Shown piece by piece: positions 53,690 through 60,825 of a stretch of 60,825 nt of DNA. How positions within the stretch are numbered: the stretch's first letter is position 1; the number at the start of each line of letters is the position of its first letter. The notes under the pieces are model-generated. The model searched no databases and had not been told where the DNA came from. It was given only the letters and a program-made list of their open reading frames with translations. The position numbers and the translations under genes were made by a program. Source of the DNA: Planctomycetia bacterium (GTDB taxonomy: Bacteria > Planctomycetota > Planctomycetia > Pirellulales > PALSA-1355); NCBI GenBank assembly GCA_041499515.1, contig JBGQKM010000001.1, positions 1 to 60,825 on the forward strand, written 5' to 3'.

Positions 53690-55313
53690 AGCGCAGAGCC
53701 TCCACCGGATGTAAACGTGCGGCGCGGCGGGCCGGCAGAATGCTGGCCACCACGGCAATCAACATGGCCCCGGCCACGATCCAAGTGACCGTGAACGGTT
53801 GGACGATCGTGGGAATCTGCTGAAAGTAATAGATCGCCGGATCGAAAACCTCTTGGCCGGTGAGCCAGGCCAGGCCATCGGCGATTCGGTTGATATAGGC
53901 CACGAACAGCAGGCCGATGACCATTCCCACGCCGGAGCCGACAATCCCCAGCGACAGACCATACGCCAGGAAAATGCCCAGGATGCCGCCGCTCGGCGCG
54001 CCCAACGATTTCAGAATGCCGATGTCCTTGGTCTTCTCGACCACGATCATGTAGAAGATGGCCAGAATGCCGAATCCGGCCACGGCGATGATCATGAACA
54101 AGAGCACGTTGAGAATCGCCGTCTCCATGTGCACCGCGGCCAGCAGCGGGCCCTGCTTGTCGCGCCAGGTTTGCACGCCGTAGAACTGGGGCGAAAAGGC
54201 TTTTTGCAGCAGGTCGCGCACCGTCTTGCCGTCGGCGTCGTTGTGCAGCTTGATCTGGATCGAGGTCACGTTGCCAATGCCGGTTGAATAATCGATCATA
54301 CCCCGCATTTCCTGAAGTTTGCGGATCGGCACGAACACGAAATTGGCGTCGTATTCGCTCATCTTGCTCTCGTAGAAATCGACGACCGTAAAAAAGTCGC
54401 TGGCGGGCTTGGGGGGCGTGCCGGCCGTGGGGACGATGATCTTCACGTCGTCCCCGGGGAGCACGAAAAACCGATCGCTGCCGTCGTGCATGCGATAGCT
54501 GGCCAGCGCGATCCCCATCACGATCCCGGTGTGCGTCTGGCGAGCCGGATCGAATTCGCTCTCCGTTCGCGCCGCGGCTGCAAACGGGTTCGCCGGTTTA
54601 CCGTCGGGATCCGCGGGCTCATCCGCAGCTTTATCGGCGACTGCGGGCTCCGCGCGGCGATATACAAAGCCTTCGTATACGACGTCGTCCGGAGGCGTTT
54701 CGGCTTTCGTGGCATCGGCCGGCGGCGCGGCCTCATCAGCGACAGGCGGTGGCGCGCCGGCCTTCATGTCTTTCTGAAACTGGGCGAAAATGCGTCGATA
54801 CTTCCAGCCGGCCACGTCCATCCGCTCGCGCGGCAGCGCATGCGCCGTGGCCTGGTGATCGATCGTGTCGTACCCGCCTTCGCGCAAATCGAAGCTGAGT
54901 TGTCGCCGGTTTTCGGGATGCTGCAAGTAGCGGCCAAAATCGCTGACCTCGGCGTGGGTCGTTTCGTCGACGCCGATAAAGCTGACCTGCCGCGTGTGCG
55001 AGACGCCCTGGACCTCAAAGTTCAACAAGGCCGGCATCATCACCGTGGGCGTCATGCCGGCGATGTACTTTCCGGCCACCTGGCGGATGCGGTCCATGTG
55101 CGCTTGCGGATCGCGAAAACCCTCCATGCTATGACTTTCGACGACCACGTCGGAGAGGATGCCGTGGATCCGGTCTTGCATTTCATGGGTGAAGCCTTCC
55201 ATCACGCTGTTGACCACGATCATCGTGGCCACGCCCAGCGTCACGCTCACCACCGATGCCAGCGCGATATAGCGGGTTCGCAGATATCGCCAGCAGAGCA
55301 AGTATTTGTACAT
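53682..55313 (-). CDS. ABC transporter permease, LolC/E (FtsX-like) family with enlarged periplasmic domain
   Basis: MYKYLLCWRYLRTRYIALASVVSV..., C-terminal FtsX-type TM bundle (KDIGILKSLGA...). About 300 aa of periplasmic insert. Confidence 0.85.
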   Translation of the reverse strand: MYKYLLCWRYLRTRYIALASVVSVTLGVATMIVVNSVMEGFTHEMQDRIHGILSDVVVESHSMEGFRDPQAHMDRIRQVAGKYIAGMTPTVMMPALLNFEVQGVSHTRQVSFIGVDETTHAEVSDFGRYLQHPENRRQLSFDLREGGYDTIDHQATAHALPRERMDVAGWKYRRIFAQFQKDMKAGAPPPVADEAAPPADATKAETPPDDVVYEGFVYRRAEPAVADKAADEPADPDGKPANPFAAAARTESEFDPARQTHTGIVMGIALASYRMHDGSDRFFVLPGDDVKIIVPTAGTPPKPASDFFTVVDFYESKMSEYDANFVFVPIRKLQEMRGMIDYSTGIGNVTSIQIKLHNDADGKTVRDLLQKAFSPQFYGVQTWRDKQGPLLAAVHMETAILNVLLFMIIAVAGFGILAIFYMIVVEKTKDIGILKSLGAPSGGILGIFLAYGLSLGIVGSGVGMVIGLLFVAYINRIADGLAWLTGQEVFDPAIYYFQQIPTIVQPFTVTWIVAGAMLIAVVASILPARRAARLHPVEALRYE

Positions 55314-55363
55314 GGCCAATCCTTTGGCTGTCGTGGACACGCCCGGCGGCGGCCGCCGCGGCG

Positions 55364-56920
55364 TCAGCGGCGTGGTTCTTCGGAGCGCAAAAGCGGAAAC
55401 AAAATCACTTCGCGGATCGTCTGGCTATTGGTCAACAGCATCACCAGCCGGTCGATGCCGAGCCCCAGACCGCCGGCCGGCGGCATGCCGTGCCGCAGGG
55501 CGCGGACGAAATCGTGATCCATCTTGGCCATCGAGTCTTCTTCGCGCTGACCGGCCAACTGCGTGCGGAACAACTGCTCTTGCAAATCCGGGTCGTTCAA
55601 TTCCGTATAGGCGTTTGCGATTTCCATGCCTTGCACGAACAGTTCGAAACGCTCGGCCACGGCCGGATCATCCGTTTTGCGCTTCGTGAGCGGGCAGATG
55701 CTGGCCGGATAGTCGAGCACGAACACCGGACCGGTCAGTTGGTCCTCGACGCGCGCCTCGAAAACCTCGTTCTTGATCACGTCTGGATGCTTGCCGGCGG
55801 TCTCCAGGCCCATTTCCGCCGCCAACTTCGCGATCGCCTTCGCATCGTCCGCCGCGATCCTCGTATGCTCTGCAAACAATGCGTCGTACGTGTGCCGCGC
55901 GAAGGGCGGCGTAAAGTCGATCGTCCGTTCACCCCAAGCAAGCTGATGCCCCTGACCGGTGGCCGCGATCGCCGCCAGGATGACGCGCTCCGTAAGGTCG
56001 ATCATCGTGCGATAGTCGCCATAGGCCTGGTAGGCCTCGAGCATCGTGAATTCGGGATTGTGGCGCGGGCTGATCCCCTCGTTGCGGTACACGCGCCCCA
56101 GCTCGAACACGCGCTCCATGCCGCCGACCAGCAGGCGCTTCAAGTGCAATTCCAACGCGATCCGCAGGGTCAACGGCATGTCCAGCGCGTTATGGTGCGT
56201 CTTGAACGGGCGGGCCGCGGCGCCGCCGGCGATCGTATGCAGCGTCGGACCCTCGACTTCGACAAACCCTCCGGCGGCCAGGGTGCTGCGGATCGAGGTT
56301 ACGATCTTGGCGCGATGCAAGAAGCGGGGCAAGACGCCTTCGGTGTACGCCAAATCCAGGTACCGCATCCGCTGCCGCAGTTCCGGATCGGTCAGCCCGT
56401 GGTGCTTTTCCGGCGGCGGTTCGAGAGACTTGGTGAGAAAGTGGAGCTTCTCGGCAAAGATCGTCAACTCGCCCGTCTTGGTCCGCTTGAGCTGGCCATC
56501 CACGCCGACCAGGTCGCCCAAGTCAAAGCATTCGGCCAACGCCCAGTTGTCTTCGCCCACCTGGCCGCGGCCGATAAACAATTGGATTTGACCGGTCCAG
56601 TCGCGGATATCGACGAAAATCAGCTTCCCTTTTTTGCGCTGCAATACGATCCGCCCCGCCGCCCGGACGTGGGGGCCATGCTGGGTCGGCTCGCGCTGTT
56701 CCGAGCCGGGCGGGATCGGCTCGACCGTGATTTCCGCCTCGCGGACCCGGATGTCGCCGATGGGCATCTGGTCGTCGAACCGGCCACCCCAAGGATCGAA
56801 GCCGAGCTCCTGGATTTTGCGAAGTTTCTCGCGTCGCGATGCCTCGTGCATGCCGGGGGATTCGCTGGGGGAGCTCATGGCAAGCGGCGTGTCGCTGGAG
56901 GATCGGCCGGAGAAACTCAT
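55364..56920 (-). CDS. lysS: Lysine--tRNA ligase (class II)
   Basis: OB-fold anticodon-binding region (VRAAGRIVLQRKKGKLIFVDIRD), class II motifs (...FVEVEGPTL..., RVFELGRVYRNEG, GGLGLGIDRLVMLL). Confidence 0.9.
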   Translation of the reverse strand: MSFSGRSSSDTPLAMSSPSESPGMHEASRREKLRKIQELGFDPWGGRFDDQMPIGDIRVREAEITVEPIPPGSEQREPTQHGPHVRAAGRIVLQRKKGKLIFVDIRDWTGQIQLFIGRGQVGEDNWALAECFDLGDLVGVDGQLKRTKTGELTIFAEKLHFLTKSLEPPPEKHHGLTDPELRQRMRYLDLAYTEGVLPRFLHRAKIVTSIRSTLAAGGFVEVEGPTLHTIAGGAAARPFKTHHNALDMPLTLRIALELHLKRLLVGGMERVFELGRVYRNEGISPRHNPEFTMLEAYQAYGDYRTMIDLTERVILAAIAATGQGHQLAWGERTIDFTPPFARHTYDALFAEHTRIAADDAKAIAKLAAEMGLETAGKHPDVIKNEVFEARVEDQLTGPVFVLDYPASICPLTKRKTDDPAVAERFELFVQGMEIANAYTELNDPDLQEQLFRTQLAGQREEDSMAKMDHDFVRALRHGMPPAGGLGLGIDRLVMLLTNSQTIREVILFPLLRSEEPRR

Positions 56921-57085
56921 AGTCGTCTTGCAATTCAGAGAAAGAATCGCAACATTCTAGTGCAACTAGGGTTGTGGTCAATGTCAGCTCCTTTTCGCAC
57001 CGCTCGGTCGTCGGACGACGCCCCGAGCTGTGCAAGTCAGCAGCCGGCAAGCTTTTGCGCAGCAATTATAGGAACCGTACGCCTC

Positions 57086-57469
57086 ATGACCAGGGACATC
57101 CGTCGCGACGAACGCCCAGGGCTCTACTGTGTCGAATTGCGAACCAATAACTGGGACGCGCTGGTGCAGTGGTATCGCGAGGCGCTGGGACTGCGCGTTC
57201 TGGTGCGCGTGATGGACGAGGGCTACGCGCTATTGGAAGCCGGGGATACGCGGCTGGCTTTGTTGTCGCGACCATCGGCCGGCGAGGTGTCGAAACGCAT
57301 CAGCCTGGCCTTCGAGGTCAACGACGTGCCGCAAATCTGCGCCCGGCTGGAGGCCGTGGGCTCGACGGTGTCGCACCCCAAACGCGATCAAGAGGGCCTG
57401 CGCGAGGCGAACACAACCGATCCCGACGGCAACCGCATCCGATTGTTTTGTTGGCCCAAGCGCCACTAA
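57086..57469 (+). CDS. VOC (glyoxalase/bleomycin-resistance) family protein
   Basis: 127 aa: LYCVELRTNNWDALVQWYREALGL...LAFEVNDV...DPDGNRIRLF. This is the last 127 codons of a 737-aa ORF whose remainder is antisense to lysS. Confidence 0.75.
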   Translation: MTRDIRRDERPGLYCVELRTNNWDALVQWYREALGLRVLVRVMDEGYALLEAGDTRLALLSRPSAGEVSKRISLAFEVNDVPQICARLEAVGSTVSHPKRDQEGLREANTTDPDGNRIRLFCWPKRH

Positions 57470-57822
57470 ACCACCCGGCAAGACGGAAATTGGTTGACCG
57501 CCCCGCTGGCGTTTGGCCAACGCCAACCAACGGTCCACTGCCGCGCCGAGCCTCAAAGTCCCCGAAACCGTCGCACGACCGGCAAAATCGACAGAAAGCG
57601 ACTCCCCCGTCGAGCTACGATTTGCATGGGGGAAGCCGCTGGCACTATAACGCTATAGTGTGGCCCGACGCGCAATGCTGACGCGCAGCTTTGCGGCCGG
57701 CGGTAAGGCCATGCACCGGTGGCGGGAGCGACCGCGGGAATGCGTCACGCTTTGCCTGACGATGTTCCCGTTCCGAGTCCAAGCGGAGGATGGGCGCGCA
57801 CAGCACGAGGCCCTGGCGGTCG

Positions 57823-59982
57823 ATGGATTTCAATCACACGCAACAGCAATCGAGCGACGAGCAGTCGCGGGCTCAGGCGCTGAGCCTCAAGCCTTCGCGT
57901 CCGCCCACGCAAGTGCCGGGCTACGAGCCGCGCCGATTCCTGGGGGCCGGCGCGTACGGCGAAGTCTGGGTCGCGGTCGACCGCAACACGGGCCGGCAAG
58001 TCGCCATCAAGTTCTACGCGCATCAAGGGGGCCTCGACTGGTCGATTCTGTCGCGCGAGGTCGAAAAACTCGCATTCCTTTCCGCCGACCGATACGTCGT
58101 GCAACTGCTCGACGTCGGCTGGGACGCCGAACCGCCTTACTACGTGATGGAGTACGTCGAGCAGGGCTCTTTGGAAGACCTGCTGAAACGCGAAGGCAAA
58201 TTGGGCGCCCGCGAAGCGGTGGCCTTGTTTCGCGACGTGGCCGTGGGTCTGTTGCACGCGCACGGCAAGGGGGTTCTGCACTGCGATCTCAAACCGGCCA
58301 ACGTGCTGTTGGATCAGGACAGCCGGCCGCGGCTGGCCGATTTCGGTCAATCGCGGCTGTCGCACGAACAGACGCCGGCGCTGGGCACGCTGTTTTACAT
58401 GGCCCCGGAGCAAGCCGATTTGCAGGCGGTGCCGGACGTGCGCTGGGACGTGTATGCATTGGGCGCCCTGCTGTATTGCATGCTCACCGGCTCGCCGCCG
58501 TACCGCAGCGAAGCGGCGGTCACCGAATTCGAGACGGCCGCCGACCTGGACGAGCGACTGGCCCGCTATCGGCAGTTGATCGCAACCTCGCCTCTGCCGG
58601 TGGGTCATCGGCAGGTCCCGGGGGTCGATCGTGAACTGGCCGAAATTGTCGATGGTTGTCTGGCTCCGAATCGCGAACAACGCTACGCCAACGTGCAAGA
58701 AGTGCTCGACGCGCTCAATGCTCGCGAGCACCGTCGGGCCCGCCGTCCGCTGGTGCTGTTGGGTTTCGTCGGCCCGGCCTTGTTGTTGGCCATCGTCTCA
58801 TATTTCGCGTGGAGCTCGTTCGAGACCGTGATGGGCGAATCGGACGAGACGCTGCAGAAGCGGGTGTTGGAGAGGAATTCGTTCGCCGCCAAGTACGTGG
58901 CCATAGCCGTCACCAATGAACTGGAAATGTTCTATCGCGCCGTGGAAGAAATGGCCGGCAGTTCGCGGCTCGAGAACCTGCTGGAGACCGCGCTGAAAGA
59001 TCCTGAAATGGCCGAACTGCGGCGGCAGCTCAGCGATCCGCAGTTGAGCGATTCGATGCGCGAACAACTGCGGGCGCGGTTGGTCGCCCATCCGGCCCGA
59101 CGCGTCTTGCAGCAACGCATGCAAGATCTGCTGCAAGATCCCGACGAACCGGACGTCGCCAGTTGGTTTGTCACCGATCCGGCCGGGCTGCAGTTGGCCC
59201 GCGCGCCGGAACATGCCACGGTGGGTGACAACTTCAGTTGGCGCACTTACTTCCACGGCGGATCCGAAGACTATCCCGAGGATTGGCGGGCCAAACCGGG
59301 CGAGCATATCAAGAAGACCAATCTCTCGGCCGTGTTTTACAGCCAGGTGAATAACCGCTGGACCGTGATCATCTCCACGCCGGTGATCAAGGAAGATACC
59401 GACGAACCGCAAGTCCCCGAGAGCGCGCCCGACGACGGAAAATTCCTGGGCGTGATCGGGCTCTCGGTCGACGTGCACCGTTTCGTCAAGTTGCAAGGAA
59501 AAAAACTATTCGCGGTGCTGGTCGATTGGCGAGCGGGCCCCAGCAAGGGTTTGATCTTGCAGCACCCGCTGTTCGATAAACTGCTGGAAGATCATCAGCA
59601 GGTGCCCAGCCGCTTCCAGACCTATCGGCTCAAGGAAGACGAACTCCCCGATTCGCCGGCCACGGAAGAAAACTACGTCGACCCCTTCGGCAAAGACGCG
59701 CAGGGCAAGGAATACGACAAACATTGGCTGGCCAAGACGCAAAGTGTCGGAATTCGCGAGGGCAACACCGGCTGGATCGTCATCGTGCAAGAATCGTACG
59801 ACGCCGCGATCGGCCGCACGCTGCAACGGCTCAAGGACAGCCTGTACTCCAGCGGACTCCTGGCCGGCGCTTTGATCGCGATCCTTTCGACCGCATTGTG
59901 GGCCTTCGTGATCCGCTCGTTTGCCGAACCGACGCGCAGCGTGGCCAGGCCGGCGATGCCCAGCGAGGAGCCGAAGACGTGA
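57823..59982 (+). CDS. Receptor-type Ser/Thr protein kinase (kinase - TM - ~350-aa extracytoplasmic sensor - TM)
   Basis: Hanks motifs GAGAYGEVW, AIK, HCDLKPANVLL, DFG and APE. TM helices LVLLGFVGPALLLAIVSYFAW and LLAGALIAILSTALWAFVI flank a Cache-like-sized domain. Confidence 0.85.
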   Translation: MDFNHTQQQSSDEQSRAQALSLKPSRPPTQVPGYEPRRFLGAGAYGEVWVAVDRNTGRQVAIKFYAHQGGLDWSILSREVEKLAFLSADRYVVQLLDVGWDAEPPYYVMEYVEQGSLEDLLKREGKLGAREAVALFRDVAVGLLHAHGKGVLHCDLKPANVLLDQDSRPRLADFGQSRLSHEQTPALGTLFYMAPEQADLQAVPDVRWDVYALGALLYCMLTGSPPYRSEAAVTEFETAADLDERLARYRQLIATSPLPVGHRQVPGVDRELAEIVDGCLAPNREQRYANVQEVLDALNAREHRRARRPLVLLGFVGPALLLAIVSYFAWSSFETVMGESDETLQKRVLERNSFAAKYVAIAVTNELEMFYRAVEEMAGSSRLENLLETALKDPEMAELRRQLSDPQLSDSMREQLRARLVAHPARRVLQQRMQDLLQDPDEPDVASWFVTDPAGLQLARAPEHATVGDNFSWRTYFHGGSEDYPEDWRAKPGEHIKKTNLSAVFYSQVNNRWTVIISTPVIKEDTDEPQVPESAPDDGKFLGVIGLSVDVHRFVKLQGKKLFAVLVDWRAGPSKGLILQHPLFDKLLEDHQQVPSRFQTYRLKEDELPDSPATEENYVDPFGKDAQGKEYDKHWLAKTQSVGIREGNTGWIVIVQESYDAAIGRTLQRLKDSLYSSGLLAGALIAILSTALWAFVIRSFAEPTRSVARPAMPSEEPKT

Positions 59983-60007
59983 GCCCGGAACCGGTTTCAA
60001 AACCTCC

Positions 60008-60056
60008 GGGACTGTCCCAATTTTGCGTAGCCTTCGCGGCAAAATCGGACGGTCCC
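60008..60056. repeat. REP-like hairpin, copy 3 (between kinase stop and FHA gene start)
   Basis: GGGACTGTCCCAATTTTGCG - 8-nt loop - GCGGCAAAATCGGACGGTCCCC. Confidence 0.75.
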
Positions 60057-60079
60057 CTTCTCCCCGCCAGGAGCCTCTC

Positions 60080-60825
60080 GTGGCCGACCTGATTGCCCAG
60101 GGAGCCGATCCGCAGCATCGCTGGCGGCGCACCTTGCTGGCCGACCGGCCGGTGACGCTGGGCCGCGCGCCCGGTGGCTGGCCCACTTCGTGGGACGACC
60201 GCGTGTCGCGCCAGCACGCCGAGATTTCTTGGGACGGCCACCGTCTGCACGTGCGCCAACTGCCCGGCGCGCGCAATCCGATCTTTGTCAAAGGCCGCCC
60301 GGCCCAGCAGTTCGAGATCGAGCCGGGCGAACATTTCGTGATCGGCGAAACCACCTTCACGCTGACCGACGAACGCGTCAACGTCTCGCTCGACGTGCCG
60401 CTACCGGTGCAGCAGCAGACCTTCAGTTCGCAGTACTTGCAAAAAATCCAGTTTCGCCATACCGGGGCCCACATCGACGTGCTCGGCCGCCTGCCGGAAG
60501 TGATCTCGGGGGCCGGCAGCGACTCGGAACTTTCGGTGCGACTGGTCAACTTATTGCTCACCGGCCTGCCGCGCGCCGGCGCCGCGGCCCTGGTTTGCGT
60601 CAAGCACCCCACCGACGATCGGCCCTCGATCGAAGTGCTGCACTGGGATCGTCGGCTGGTGATGGGCGGCGATTTTCAGCCCAGCGAACGACTGATCCTG
60701 GATGCGATTCGCCGCCGCGAAAGCGTGCTGCACGTGTGGAACGCGGCCGACACGGCCACCTCGTCGGCGTTTACGGTGAGCCAGGGGGTCGATTGGGCCT
60801 TTTGCACGCCGGTGGGCGGAAAGGC
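60080..60825 (+). CDS. FHA-domain protein, 5' part only (runs off the window end; likely followed by a GAF/phosphatase-type region)
   Basis: Not in the ORF track because no stop is reached. I translated 248 codons by hand from GTG 60080 (AGGAG at 60069-60073) without a stop. FHA signature: LGRAPGGWPTSWDDRVSRQHAEISWDGHRLHVRQL...NPIFVKG...FVIGETTFTL. Confidence 0.7.
   Translation, partial: MADLIAQGADPQHRWRRTLLADRPVTLGRAPGGWPTSWDDRVSRQHAEISWDGHRLHVRQLPGARNPIFVKGRPAQQFEIEPGEHFVIGETTFTLTDERVNVSLDVPLPVQQQTFSSQYLQKIQFRHTGAHIDVLGRLPEVISGAGSDSELSVRLVNLLLTGLPRAGAAALVCVKHPTDDRPSIEVLHWDRRLVMGGDFQPSERLILDAIRRRESVLHVWNAADTATSSAFTVSQGVDWAFCTPVGGK

Noticed and set aside
55256-57085. The N-terminal ~610 codons of the 737-aa plus-strand ORF.
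   Set aside because: They are antisense to lysS, which has clear class II aaRS motifs. Only the last 127 codons, from ATG 57086 and lying outside lysS, show a real (VOC/glyoxalase) pattern.

Overview
This is a high-GC chromosomal segment. Hand counts on single 60-nt lines give roughly 60-73% G+C in ordinary genes. The gene content looks typical of Planctomycetota (Pirellulales-like): PEP-CTERM and dockerin-like secreted proteins, two DUF1501 genes, a receptor Ser/Thr kinase next to an FHA protein, a SpoVG with a zinc-ribbon tail, and a secreted peptidase with an 'LExRxLLSA'-type N-terminus.

I support about 45 protein-coding genes and 2 tRNAs (Arg-ACG, Ser-UGA). I see no rRNA, CRISPR array, IS element, integrase or transposase. 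Housekeeping blocks are tyrA-purL-purQ, spoVG-ispE, ilvE, lolD/lolE-like, lysS and mgtE.

The part most worth a second look is a lower-GC island (~50-58% by spot counts) at about 36.58-39.2 kb, possibly extending to ~39.45 kb. It abuts a ThuA-domain gene that appears to have lost its 5' end. The island carries:
- a translationally coupled pair of uncharacterised Cys/His-motif genes (37337-38074 and 37335 downward);
- a divergently transcribed EcsC-family gene bracketed by a perfect 22-bp direct repeat;
- a G9/C9 homopolymer exactly where real-looking coding sequence of the second gene gives way to out-of-frame read-through into the ThuA fragment.

Other non-genic structure:
- a ~144-nt direct repeat (~85% identity by hand alignment) placed 5' of both the second DUF1501 gene and a radical SAM/SPASM gene;
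- a three-copy REP-like hairpin family built on GGGAC(A/T)GTCCC...ATTTTGC;
- an AT-rich nested palindrome in a divergent promoter region.

All family assignments come from motif recognition by eye. No database search or alignment software was available. Start codons are best guesses, while stop codons come from the ORF track.
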